From positions 29,264,001 to 29,328,000 of the forward strand of contig NC_043017.1 of assembly GCF_006345805.1 (NCBI RefSeq): a DNA stretch of 64,000 nucleotides, in the 5' to 3' direction. This document shows, one piece after another, positions 24,494 through 36,660 of this stretch (its first letter is position 1; every line of letters begins with the position of its first letter). Position numbers and translations under genes: made by a program. Origin of the DNA: Octopus sinensis (Eukaryota). The notes below the pieces were generated by a model. That model saw nothing but the letters and a program-made list of their open reading frames with translations, ran no database searches and was not told where the DNA came from.

Positions 24494-24664
24494 TCATGTG
24501 TTCATGTCCTTCGTTAAAAACGAATTCTGACCAGAGGTCAGAGGGACGAGTTGATGGTTGTCTAGCCTAGCGTCATCTGATTTTGTCTTGCCATTTTTGC
24601 GAGATGAACCCAAACAAGTAATAGCGACTCTCAGCTCTTGTGATACTTCGGTACAGAATGGCTG
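24494..24664 (-). CDS. Candidate terminal exon, 56 aa (unidentified)
   Basis: Very strong acceptor TTTCTTTTTTTCTTTCTTTCTCTGTTGACTTTTGCAG with a CAGCAG tandem site and locally higher GC. The frame is QPFCTEVSQELRVAITCLGSSRKNGKTKSDDARLDNHQLVPLTSGQNSFLTKDMNT*; the alternative frame is AILYRSITRAESRYYLFGFISQKWQDKIR*. Confidence 0.4.
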   Translation of the reverse strand, partial: QPFCTEVSQELRVAITCLGSSRKNGKTKSDDARLDNHQLVPLTSGQNSFLTKDMNT

Positions 24665-24885
24665 CTGCAAAAGTCAACAGAGAAAGAAAGAAAAAAAGAA
24701 ATTTAGAATTAGATTACATTCAAAAAACATTTAAATATGTAAGTTTGTATGTTTAAAAACAAAACAACATTTAAACATTCGTAAAACAAATAGTTGTTCG
24801 AAATATATATATATTATATGTGTGGTGTGTGTGTGTAGACATATATATATATATATCATACATACATATACATTCATACATGCAA

Positions 24886-24944
<59 letters not shown>

Positions 24945-25024
24945 TTATATATATAAGGATAAGATTGTTAATTTAAAATAAAATAACGATCTTATCAAGT
25001 GGCTAGCATGGAAAAAATAATTAT

Positions 25025-25264
25025 TAAAATTATAAATTAGTGTATCTATGATATACCACAATGCTGAAAATAGCAACCATGATCTGACTCTAAAACCCCC
25101 TTCAGTATCCATATAGCAACACGGAGAGAAAACAGAGACAAGATGAAACTAGTAGAAAATTGCTGTCTTCTCTCTGTGTTGCTATATGGACCCTTAAGGT
25201 GGTTTTAGAGTCAGATCATGGCTGCTATTTTCAGCATGGTGGTATCTCGTAGATGCCCTAATTC

Positions 25265-25273
<9 letters not shown>
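25025..25273. mobile_element. Foldback / MITE-like element, arms about 110 bp, TA-flanked
   Basis: TAAAATTATAAATTAG...ATGCTGAAAATAGCAACCATGATCTGACTCTAAAAC...TCCATATAGCAACAC pairs with GTGTTGCTATATGGA...GTTTTAGAGTCAGATCATGGCTGCTATTTTCAGCAT...CTAATTCATAATTTTA. Confidence 0.85.
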
Positions 25274-25315
<42 letters not shown>

Positions 25316-25693
25316 AACAAGGATATAAAATGTAGGCTTCAAGGCAGTGACAAATTTTAATAATATATTAGTTTAACGCATAAATGGAAGTTTCGTAGCA
25401 TTTTATTTTCGGAAGTCCAGAAGGGCTAAGTGTAATTTTACATTTTCTTTACTGTTAGTGATACATTTATTTATTATTTCCCTATCTGATTCTGATTCTA
25501 CTTATTTTAATATCTTAAGTATAGGTTGCACAAAACTTTTAAATACTAATCGTTTCAGTGATATACGATTTCGAGCACGCACTATAGATGGTGAGCGAGT
25601 GCTTTGAATATATAATTCATGAAACATCAAAAGCTAATGCAGCCACAAAATACAAGTTATTAAGTGATTACTCGCGATATATTATTTTTATAG

Positions 25694-25720
25694 TTCCGGA
25701 CAAGTATGAAATGGCGGTCA
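25694..25720 (+). other. Candidate 27-nt microexon
   Basis: Acceptor ATTATTTTTATAG, exon TTCCGGACAAGTATGAAATGGCGGTCA and consensus donor GTGAGT. The length preserves frame. Confidence 0.3.
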
Positions 25721-26465
25721 GTGAGTATTGTCATATTTAATGCATAGAGTATAAAAAGTCGAAACGAGCAGTAAATTCGTAGTAAGAGTAAACACACTAA
25801 CTGAATAACACCGTTTGTTTGTATTTATCTTTTTTCTTTCTTATTTACTATAGCAAATACGGTAGTTAATTTCGAACATGGTTTCATTTTCCTTTACCAT
25901 TTATTGGTTTATTTATTAGCCGGAATACACCCTTCCCGTAACAAACTAAATCAACAATGAAAGTATTATTGATTAAACATACAAAAAAAAAAAAATTATA
26001 ATAAAAATTCAATCCATGAGAATCGGATATTTTACGAGAATTAAATATAACAGAGGACAAATATTATGGGTGATTAGGTCTGGGTTGAAAAGGGTAAACA
26101 TTTGAGAGTTCAACGTTTCCGAAAGTGATTGGTTCTCATTACAAAAAAAATAGAAGGAAAAACGATGAAAAAAAAGAGTTTCATAGAAGCATTGCTTTGC
26201 GAGGGAAACCATATTGCAAATATGAGACAATAGTGAGTAGGACGAAATGTAATTTTCATCTTTAGAATGTTACACAGTGGAAAAAGACTTAGTAATACGA
26301 TGTGAAGAAGGAGATTCCAGGAAGTTGATATATGGGGTTGAAGATGGAAAATGTGATATCAAAATCAATGTAGTACAGACCGAAAACTGTGTAGAATGTT
26401 GATTGTTAATAGCAAACGGAGATAATAGTGATACGGTTATTGGTGTAACTACTATAAAACTAAGA

Positions 26466-26859
26466 GTGGAGGCGCAATGGCCCAGTGGTTAGGGCAGCGG
26501 ACTCGCGGTCATAGGATCGCGGTTTCGATTCCCAGACCGGGCGTTGTGAGTGTTTATTGAGCGAAAACACCTAAAAAAAAAAGCTCCACGAGGCTCCGGC
26601 AGGGGAGGGTGGTGATCCCTGCTGTACTCTTTCACCACAACTTTCTCTCACTCTTACTTCCTGTTTCTGTTGTACCTGTATTTCAAAGGGCCGGCCTTGT
26701 CACTCTCTGTGTCATGCTGAATATCCCCGAGAACTACGTTAAGGGTGCACGTGTCTGTGGAGTGCTCAGCCACTTACACGTTAATTTCACGAGCAGGCTG
26801 TTCCGTTGATTTGGATCAACCGGAACCCTCATCGTCGTAACCGACGGACTGCTTCCACC
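26466..26859 (+). mobile_element. SINE family A
   Basis: Full length, with a 12-bp TSD ATAAAACTAAGA at 26454-26465 and 26860-26871. Confidence 0.97.
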
Positions 26860-27405
26860 ATAAAACTAAGAATTTAGAAGCTTCGAGAAAGTGAAATATT
26901 TATGAGAACAGTGTATAACGAAACAAATAATTCTATAAATAATAACGTGTAAACATTAGGTTAAAAACACCTGGATAGGAAAAGAAGAAGGCTGTCCGTG
27001 AGACAAAAATTTGGAGATAAAAGCGGTCAACCGGATGAAGGATTTGGCCCATTGTCTCCAGGAATCATTATGGTATACTACGAGATCCTATCTTTCTTAG
27101 AGGCAACTGTCGGTGAGGGAGTGTAGAGTATAGCAAAAGTTTATGATTTGAGACTTGAGCGGTGTTTGATATTCCAGGAAGAATAAAAATAAGTCGAAGA
27201 GGTTGAGGATTAGGCAGGCGCTGTGTGTGTATGTATGTGTGTGTGTCTTTGATTTAGGTTCTTCAGCCGAGAGAGAAAGGCTCAGTTGTGCTTATAGGGA
27301 TATGGGTTGGGAAGATGTAGGGGGAATGAAAGTGGTAATTCGACAATTGATAATAGAGAAGTGTGTTGCAGGTACAAAGGAATTGGTGGTTGTTACGAGA
27401 CAATT

Positions 27406-27639
27406 AAGGCGGCGAGCTGGCAGAAAAGTTAGGACGTCGGGCGAAATACTTAGCGGTATTTCGTCTGCGTTACGTTGTGAGTTCAAATTCCGCCGAGGTC
27501 GACTTTGCCTTTCATCCTTTCGGGGTCGATAAATTAAGTACCAGTTACGCACTGGGGTCGATGTAATCGACTTAATACCTATGTCTGTCCTTGTTTGTCC
27601 GCTCTGTGTTTAACCCCTTGTGGGTAATAAAGAAATAGT
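27406..27639 (+). mobile_element. SINE family C (tRNA head + Meta-like domain), monomer
   Basis: Head GGCGGCGAGCTGGCAGAAA...GAGTTCAAATTCC, with a 16-bp TSD TTGTTACGAGACAATT at 27390-27405 and 27640-27655. Confidence 0.95.
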
Positions 27640-27905
27640 TTGTTACGAGACAATTGGTGGTTGTCCATTGGAAACCTCAACGTCGTAACCGACGGAATAC
27701 CGGTTATATGGTAGAAAAGTTGATGAACATCATCTTCGTTATATAGGTCAAATCGCATTGCCACTAATTTTATGTTGACTAATTTCATGATGAGATCATG
27801 GCGGTGGTGAATGTGAAGGAGAATATACGGGCAAGCCAGGGAAATACCGAAGTCATTGAAACACTTCGAAATATTGGATTTATTCAAATTTGTAGTTAAC
27901 AATTA

Positions 27906-28294
27906 GGTATAGGAGCACTCCGTTGGTTTCGACGATGAGGGTTCCGGTTGATCCGAATCAACGGAACAGCCTGCTCGTGAAATTAACGTGTAAGTGGCTG
28001 AGCACTCCACAGACACGTGTACCCTTAACGTAGTTCTCGAGGAGATTCAGCGTGACACAGAGAGTGACAAGGCCGGCCCCTTGAAATACAGGTACAAGAG
28101 AAACAGGAAGAAAGAGTGAGAGAAAGTTGTGGTGAAAGAGTACAGCAGGGTTCACCACCACCCGCTGCCGGAGCCTCGTGAAGCTTTAGGTGTTTTCGCT
28201 CAATAAACACTCACAATGCCCGGTCTGGGAATCGAAACCGCGATCCTCCGACCGCGAGTCCGCTGCCCTAACCACTGGGCCATTGCGCCTCCAC
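27906..28294 (-). mobile_element. SINE family A
   Basis: Full length, with a 12-bp TSD AGTTAACAATTA at 27894-27905 and 28295-28306. Confidence 0.97.
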
Positions 28295-29089
28295 AGTTAA
28301 CAATTATACCATAGGTAACAAATATACCATAGTCTGACAACCATTTATGAGTGATTTACAGAAAAAAAAACTATATTTCTTTTTTATATCTATTTCTAAT
28401 ATGCAGCCGATTAAACCTTGTTTCAGCAATGAGAATTGTTATTTCTCTGACGCAAACTGCTTGGTATTGTATTCGCCTGTAGTATGAAGTGGCGGTGTGT
28501 AATTTGCTGCAGCTTGGCTGGTATTTCTAACAGAATAACGATATGAAGATTCTCAAATCGGTTAACGTCAGAGATCGTAGACTCCCTGTGGAGTTACATT
28601 CTTCACAGTGTTAGTATCACCTATCTAGTATGATATATTGTGTTTTATTAATTTGATTTTTTGATGAAATCTTGTCTGTTCAGTAAAGCAAAACTAATGT
28701 GTCAAACAGAATTTAGTCTTTTCATCAAATACTTCATCATGGAAAGAAATTTCGGTATGAAGAAGTTTTGGTTATGCTACGTTAATGAGAACGGAGATAA
28801 CTAAGCAGCAATACACAAACCAAACAAAAAAAAAAAAAAAAAACAAACATATAATGAAAAAGACTACTGCAATTTCAAACTTTGCATTATCGTTGATCAT
28901 CCTAAATTAGCTTCGTATTGTAACAAAATAAAGACAAATAACAAAAATAAATTATGCAAATGATAGAACTTCACAGATTAACTCTTGTGGTATTAGCTCA
29001 TTGGAATCTAGTCGCCTACATGTACAATTCCCAGATGTCTAGCTCTGATATATTCCCCTGAAGTTATATAATACAGACATCGTATGCAT

Positions 29090-29445
29090 ATATATGCGTG
29101 TGTATATATGAGAGAGAGTGAGAGACGGAGAGAGTGTATATATATATGTGTATATATATATATATGTGTGTGTGTATATATAATATATATGTATATATAT
29201 GTGTGTGTGTATATATAATATATATGTATATATATGTGTGTGTGTGTATATATATAATATATATGTATATATATGTGTGTGTGTGTATATATATGTATAT
29301 ACATATATGTGTGTGTGTATATATATAATATATATGTATATACATATATGTATGTGTGTATATATAATATATATATGTATATATGAATATATATAATATA
29401 TATATATATATAAATATGCATATATATGTACTCATATATATATAC
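29090..29445. repeat. (TA)n(TG)n compound microsatellite
   Basis: Direct inspection. It is the source of the I/Y/H/T-rich ORFs. Confidence 0.95.
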
Positions 29446-29477
29446 ACAGGCGCAGGTGTGGCTGTGTGGTAAAAAGG

Positions 29478-29885
29478 CTGCGAGCTGGCAGAAACGTTAG
29501 CACGCCGGGCGAAATCCTTAGCGATGTTTCGTCTGCCGTTACGTCTGATTTCAAATTCCGCCGAGGTCGACTTTACCTTTCATTTTTTCGGGGTCAATAA
29601 ATTAAGTAACACTTGCACACTGGGGTCAATATAATCGACTAAATCCGTTTGTCTGTCCATGTTTGTCCTCTTTGTGTTTAGCCCTTTGTGGGTAGTAAAG
29701 AAATAGGTATTTCGTATGCCGCTACGTTCTAAGTTCAAATTCCGCAGAGGTTGACTTTGCCTTTCATCATTTCGGGGTCGATAAATTAAGCACCAGTTAC
29801 GCACTGTGGTCGATATAATCGACTTAATCCCTTTTTTTTGTCCTAGTTTGTCCTCTCTGTGTTTAACCCTTTTTTGGGGCAATAA
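29478..29885 (+). mobile_element. SINE family C head + tandem dimer, nested in a family B head (29447-30025)
   Basis: The family B head GGCGCAGGTGTGGCTGTGTGGTAA stops at about 29475 and resumes as AAGAAGCTTGCTTCCCAACCACATGG at about 29892. Confidence 0.85.
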
Positions 29886-30286
29886 AGGGATAAGAAGCTT
29901 GCTTCCCAACCACATGGTTCCAGATTCAGTCCCACTGCGCGACTCCTTGGACAAGTGTTTTCTACTATGGCCTCGGGCCGACCAAATCCTTGTGAGCGGA
30001 TTCGGTAGACGGAAACTGGAGGAAGCCCATCGTTCACCTCCCGTGGACTGTTGAAAATTTTTTGCTCCCTCTTCCTTCCACTTCTGCTGTATTCTCACGT
30101 TTTTTGTTTTCTTTTGCTTTCTTTTTTGTTTTCTTTCTAAACTTTCTGTTTATTTTTCCATTTAATTTACTATATATATATATATATGTGTGTGTGTGAG
30201 TGAAAACGGAGAAATAGAAATAAGACAGAGAGGGGGATAGAGGGAGAGAGAGAAAGCGATAAACAATTTCATTTCAGTATTTGTAT

Positions 30287-30701
30287 ACTCTCTTTTACTT
30301 GTTTCAGTCATTTGACTGCGGCCATGATGGAGCACCGCCTTTAGTCGAGCAACTCGACCCCGGGACTTATTCTTTGTAAGCCCAGTACTTATTCTATCGG
30401 TCTCTTTTGCCGAACCGCTAAGTGACAGGGACGTAAACACACCAGCATCGGTTGTCAGGCGATGCTAGGGAGACAAACACAGACACACAGACACACAAAC
30501 ACACACACAGACACAGATATATATATATACATGTATACGACAGGCTTCTCTCAGTTTCCGTCTACCAAATCCACTCAAAAGGCATTGGTCGGCCCGGGGC
30601 TATAGCAGAAGACACTTGCCCAAGATGCCACGCAGTAGGACTGAACCCGGAACCATGTGGTTGGTTAGCAAGCTACTTACCACACAGCCACTTCTGCGCC
30701 T
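30287..30701 (-). mobile_element. SINE family B, full length
   Basis: Head, CORE-like segment, internal microsatellite and tail are all present on the minus strand. Confidence 0.92.
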
Positions 30702-30949
30702 GTATAAAGTTTTATTTTTCGATATTTCATTTATAGAAAGGCTAAGAGTTTTCCGGAGGGATTTGAACGCAGATAACAGAGAACTAAAGTGAATAACACC
30801 TCTACTACTCTGTTGAACTCTCCCAATTCACCATCTCATCTTTATAGGCTCATTAGTCTCATAGGTGTTAAAAAATAATGACGACTGAAGTAAAAGGAGT
30901 AGAGTGAAGTAATAATAAGAATATTAAGGTTCCTTCTGGAGTCATATAT

Positions 30950-31575
30950 ATTCATAGGGCCGGTTTCCTGGTTTCCATGGCGTATGTATTCCGCACCTTG
31001 ATGCAGAAGCGGTGTGGAGGCGCAGTGGCCCAGTGTTTAGGGCAGCGGACTCGCGGTCATAGGATCGCGGTTTCGATTCCCAGACCGGGCGTTGTGAGTG
31101 TTTATTGAACGAAAGCACCTAAAAGCTCCACGAGGCTCCAGCAGGGGATGGTGGTGATCCCTGCTGTACTCTTTCACCACAACTTTCTCTCACTCTTACT
31201 TCCTGTTTCTGTTGTACCTGTATTTCAAAAGGGCCGGCCTTGTCACATTCTGTGTGTCACGCTGAATATCCCCGAGAACTACGTTAAGGGTACACGTGTC
31301 TGTGGAGTGCTCAGCCACTTACACGTTAATTTCACGAGCAGGCTGTTCCGTTGATTCGGATCAACCGGAACCCTCGTCGTCGTAACCGACGGAGTGCTTC
31401 CATCCCCAGAAGCGGTCTATCAAAGAATTACTCCTTTTTACCTGCTGAGTGGGCGGGAACAACGTGAAATGAAGTGTTTTGCTCAAGAAAAACAAAGCGT
31501 CAGCCGACTCAGAAATCGAAATCATAACCTTGCGATCATGAGCCCAAAACACAAACCAGTAAGCAACACACCTAC
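30950..31575 (-). mobile_element. Old CORE-like SINE split by a family A insertion
   Basis: The minus strand has a degenerate tRNA head and TTCTTGAGCAAAACACTTCA (CORE-like). It is interrupted at 31014-31406. Confidence 0.6.
31014..31406 (+). mobile_element. SINE family A
   Basis: Full length, with a 10-bp TSD CAGAAGCGGT at 31004-31013 and 31407-31416. Confidence 0.97.
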
Positions 31576-31841
31576 ACAAAGTAATAAAATATTCTATAAA
31601 AAATGTTTTCGACTTGAAATAGAGGGGTGTGTCAATTCATCTAATGAATTAAATAAATATATCATATATCAGTTATTTCAAATAAAAGCGTTACGTTTAT
31701 AAATTATATAATGGGAATATTAAAGGCTCTTAATTTGAATGAAAAACAGGAAATAATATAATATTTCAACCCACACATCTAAGTAACAGTATCCAGTTGA
31801 ACATAATGTTACTTTGCCGAGCACGCATCAGAAAAAAAAAT

Positions 31842-32228
31842 GTGGAAGCACTCCGTCGGTTACGACGACGAGGGTTCCGGTTGATCCGAATCAACGGAAC
31901 AGCCTGCTCGTGAAATTAACGTGTAAGTGGCTGAGCACTCCACAGACACGTGTAACATTAACGTAGTTCTCGGGGATATTCAGCGTGACACAGAGAGTGA
32001 CAAGGCCGGCCCTTTGAAGTACAGGTACAACAGAAACAGGAAGTAAGAGTGAGAGAAAGTTGTGGTGAAAGAGTACAGCAGGAATCACCACCATCCCCTG
32101 CCGGAGCCTCGTGGAGCTTTGAGGTGTTTTCCCTCAATAAACACTCACAACGCCCGGTCTGGGAATCGAAACCGCGATCCTATGACCGCGAGTCCGCTGC
32201 CCTAACCACCTGGCCATTGCGCCTCCAC
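31842..32228 (-). mobile_element. SINE family A
   Basis: Full length, flanked by AAAAAAAAAT on both sides. Confidence 0.95.
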
Positions 32229-32419
32229 TAAAAAAAAAAATATTCGTTTCATGTCTTAATGCACTAAGTCCATCCAGATTAAAAATCACTTCCCTTCTGC
32301 CTGATTAAATGAGACAGAATATGAGTTTAGTACAGGTAGTTTTTTCACCGACCCTAGTGATCGCTAAGTAAAGTACCTGTACTTACAATCTCCTTAAAAT
32401 TGCTGGACATGTGACTGTG

Positions 32420-32600
32420 GCAGAATGTGATATGTTACAAAATTGCAAGACATGATCCGAGTTTAAATTTCGCCAAGGTCGACGTTGACCTTCATCCTTT
32501 AGGGGTCGATAAAATAAGTACCAAATGAACAATGGGGTCGACGTAATCGACTTATCCCCTCTCCTAAAATTGCTACCCTAGTGGAGAAACTTGAAACCAT
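32420..32600 (+). mobile_element. Degenerate family C-related SINE
   Basis: AAGGTCGACGTTGACCTTCATCCTTTAGGGGTCGATAAAATAAGTACC. Confidence 0.7.
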
Positions 32601-32960
32601 TAGTATTATTATTATTATCATTCAGTAGTTTTATTTTTATAACGTGCTTTTACTTCACTACCGAGCGCAGCTCTGTGTGCCTTGGGTATGTGCTGTGGTT
32701 TGTTGTGATGCTCTTATTTTCACTGTAATGAAAGTGTTTTATGTAGGATGTGTGCAGTGCCTAGTAGTGCAATTTTCTGTATGTTATATATACTTGTTAG
32801 TCTTGGTGTTTTTGTTATGTATTTGTCTGAATATTTTTTTTATCATGCCTAATGCACCTACTATGATAGGAATTGTTTCTGTTTTTAGATTCCACATTCG
32901 ATTTACGTCTATTTCCAGGTTTTTGTATTTTGAAAGTTTCTCCATTTCTTTAATATTGAC
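32600..32960 (-). mobile_element. 5'-truncated R4/Dong-type element between (TAA)n tracts
   Basis: The minus strand reads IKEMEKLSKYKNLEIDVNRMWNLKTETIPIIVGALGMI...IQKIALLGTAHIL, with (TAA)n on both flanks. Confidence 0.9.
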
Positions 32961-33599
32961 ACGTTGTCAATATTATTATTATTATTATCATTATTATTAT
33001 CATTATTATTATTATTATTATTATTATTAAGAGGTGGCGAACTGACAGAAATGTTAGCACGCCGTGCGGAATGCTTAACAGTAGTTCAAATTCCACAGAG
33101 ATCAAAGTTTCATAGGTTTGTGTATGTGTATTTTTTTACACTTTAAACTTTATAGCTAAGTTACGAGGAATGTAGAATCGGGCTATTGCACTTTTGTAAC
33201 TCGATTTCGTATTAGTCGATTGACCACTAAGAACGGAGAATAGGAGTTCATTTGAAAGGGAATCTTTCGTGCACAGGTAAAAAGCCGTCTACCACACTGC
33301 ACAATCACCAGAACAATGATCAGAAAATTTAATAGTAACATCAGTAACGACATCAACAGTAACAACAGTAGAAGTGGCAGCAACAAAGGCTGGTGCATGG
33401 ACAAGTATAACGATGAAAATTTGTTGTGCTGGAAGAACATAACCCAATAATGAAAGTGAAAGCAAAATTCAAACAGAGAAATTTAAGTTGGGAGAGGGTT
33501 GGGGTTCCTAATGCGGTGAAACTTCTGGCACTGGATGGGATCCCCGATTTATATGTGTTTATGCGTGCATATGTGTGTATTTTGTATGTGTATATCACG

Positions 33600-33902
33600 T
33601 GATCACGTGACCGAACAGACCATCAGATGTTTTACACATCGCTGGACACAATGCATTCGCATTGTTTTTTTAGCCTTCGAATGACGCCACCCCGCTGGCT
33701 AAGCGAGCAGGCCAACAGAAGAAAGAGGGAGAGAAAGAGTGGTGAAAGAGTACAGCAGGGATCACCACCCCCTGCCGGAGCCTCGTGGAGCTTTTAGGTG
33801 TTTTCGCTCAATAAACACTCACAACGCCCGGTCTGGGAATCGAAACCGCGATCGTGCGACCGCGAGTCCGCTGCCTTAACCACTAGGCCATTGTGCCTCC
33901 AC
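33600..33902 (-). mobile_element. SINE family A' (family A head, different 3' tail)
   Basis: It shares about 170 bp of the family A 5' part, then continues CTTCTGTTGGCCTGCTCGCTTAGCCAGCGGGGTGGCG. A second copy lies at 53845-54125. Confidence 0.9.
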
Positions 33903-35392
33903 GTATATGTATATATCATACGTAAAAGTGAGTTATAGAGCGTAATGAAAATAAAGTATAATACCAGAAGCAATAAACAGACATGTACAAAATAGCAGAT
34001 GATATGGATACATACATACATACATACATACATACATGCAAAAACCACCTGGTTGTTGATATTGAAATTCCAATGAAGGAGCCTTGGATCTAGGTTAGAA
34101 ACCGGTTCTTTCTCTATGTGCAAGAAATCTTGAAATAAAATGAATAATGACATACATACATACGTACATACATGCATGCATCCATACATAGTCGTGCTCA
34201 ATGAGGAGATTTTAACTGGAAATGTGTCAGGCTTGAGAAAGACGGGGAAAGTATGTGTGTGTGTGCCTGTGTGTCTGTGTGAAAGAGAGAGTGAAAGAAA
34301 GAGAGCTGGCGTATTGAACTACAAAATTGGTATTACGTACACTGACGTATTTATTACAGAATGGAATCAGATTTGACAGAACCAGCAGAAGAGCCTCTAT
34401 ATGGTCAATTAGCTTGCTAGATATAGTAGATGACTGAAATCAAGTTTGACGTCTTAAAAAGGACTTAAAGTGCACAGTGGACATTGTAATGCCAGACCTA
34501 CGAAACTGATGGGAGTATCATGGATGGAATACATTTGATTTTCTATTTACGAAATGAGAGCATTCCTGGAAATAAACAACAGCAAAATCAATTTTGTGGC
34601 TTGTTGGAGGCAGAAACGAATGTACTTATACAAGTAAAATTGATGAGTGCTTTAGTTTGGAATGTGGAATTCAATTTTTCGGGATGGATTTGGAATAGAG
34701 AAGTGTGAACTGATTTCAGATGATAAGTTTATAACAACCCAAATATGGAAAATGCAGCGAGAGAATTTGTCGTCTGGTTACTATGACAATAATATTTTTG
34801 ATACACTATTTCGGAATTAGAATTCGTTATTAAACCCACATAATCAAATATAGTTAACTCATATTTAAAAACGATGTGATGGAAGCCAGATGTGGCAGAT
34901 AAGACGTCAAGCGAATATAGTAACACGGTTTTTCTTAAATACAATCGTCAAAACTTTTCTTTATTTAAACTAAACGGTAACTGTTTAAATTACGACTGGA
35001 ATTGCTCAAACATTTAACCATTCAGACTATTTTGTCGAATATAATTCTTATTAATTTTGAATTAATTATGTATTACCTCGTAGTTTGGGGAATTCAACGG
35101 TATGTTTGTTTATAATTAGAATGCCTTAGTAAGGTAGGTGTTAGAGGCGAGATCTGGCTGGGTTTACAATAAAACAGTAGGAATTTTTGGTTCGGATAAT
35201 GCCAGTTGCAAATGTTAATACAAATTCAAGGATGGTCTGTTAGGTATACAACAGTGGTTCCCTACCCTGTTTCCCTATGGACCATTTCGATACCTACTTA
35301 TTTCTACTGGATAGTCATCGCTATTTGAACTGTGCAAAAATATTAAAAAATATTCCATTGTATCTTTATAAAATATCATTAACAAAAATATA

Positions 35393-35810
35393 GGCGTAGG
35401 AGTGGCTGTGTGGTAAGTTGCTTACTTACGAACCACATGGTTCCGGGTTCAGTCTCACTGCGAGGCACCATGGGCAAGCGTCTTCTACTATAGCCTCGAG
35501 CCGACCAAAGCCTTGTGAGTGGATTTGGTAGACGGAGTCTGAAAGAAGCTCGTCGAATATATACGTATGTATATATGTGTGTATGTGTGTATATTTGTTT
35601 GTGTGTCTGAGTGTTTCTCCCTCCAACATCGCTTGACAACCGATGCTGGTGTGTTTACATCCCCGTACATTAGCGGTTCGGCAAAAGAGACCGATTGAAT
35701 AAGTACTAGGCTTACAAAGAAAAAGTCCTGGGGTCGATTTGCTCGACTAAAGGCGGTGCTGCAGCAAGGCCACAGTCAAATGACTGAAACAAGTAAAAGA
35801 TTAAAAGGTA
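35393..35810 (+). mobile_element. SINE family B, full length
   Basis: Head GGCGTAGGAGTGGCTGTGTGGTAAG through tail GAAACAAGTAAAAGA. Confidence 0.92.
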
Positions 35811-36399
35811 TTTAAAAAATATAAATTATATATTTAGAAATAGATGTAATTTATTGCACGTAAATTTTAACAACAAAGTATTATATGCACCCAAAAGGGT
35901 CATATGAAACAGGAAAAGTTATATGGATCGCAAGGGTTATTTTGGGTCCGGTAAGAATCACTGTTGTAGAGTGTAGTTCAGTTTTCAAAAGGCGAATTGT
36001 TTTGAAATATCAGTACTTTCGGATAAAAATTGTAGAATCGTAATAATGGTGTGAGAAAAATCCAAAGATATTTCCATTATTTAGTTGACCTTTTATCATT
36101 CATTTATAGAGAAGTAAAAAAGAATATGACAGAGGCGCTTATATTTTACTAATATACAAATATGAGATGTCACGCATGGAATGTCTATTGTTTTATATTT
36201 ACTAAATGAGACCATGCCTGGAAATAAACAGTGAGAAAAACAATCTGATATTTAGTGGGAGCCAAAATAGACAAAAACCGGATGAGATTTCCACGTAAAA
36301 ACAAAATAGATAGTTCACTAAATATTGTCAGAAGATAACGTATAACGATGTGTCTATGTGTATACATCTGTACACAATCGCACGCAGAAACTGTGTTGT

Positions 36400-36413
36400 G
36401 ACTCAGAGAAAAA

Positions 36414-36469
<56 letters not shown>

Positions 36470-36627
36470 TTATAAATTTATCTATCTTTCTATCTGGTGT
36501 CTGTCTGTCTGTCTATCTATATACCTGTCTATCTATATCTCTGTCTGTCTATATGTATGTATGTCTATCTATCAACCTATCTATCTGTCTGTCTGTCTAT
36601 CTCTGTCTGTCTGCCTATCTCTCTCTC

Positions 36628-36660
<33 letters not shown>

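Larger units (their letters stand above)
26000..28750 (-). mobile_element. Old L2/CR1-like LINE remnant fragmented by three SINE insertions
   Basis: The minus strand near 26960-27060 gives RQWAKSFIRLTAFISKFLSHGQPSS, similar to the RT segment before the PQGS motif. Three younger SINEs with TSDs interrupt it. Confidence 0.45.

Noticed and set aside
24570-24664. Loose resemblance of ILYRSITRAESRYYLFGFISQKW to the ETS recognition helix
   Set aside because: It needs a gap, lacks the downstream beta-strand motif and ends in a stop. Likely coincidence.
26466-26545. tRNA-like sequence with A and B boxes
   Set aside because: It lacks a complete acceptor stem and runs into a SINE body with TSDs, so it is a SINE head and not a tRNA gene.
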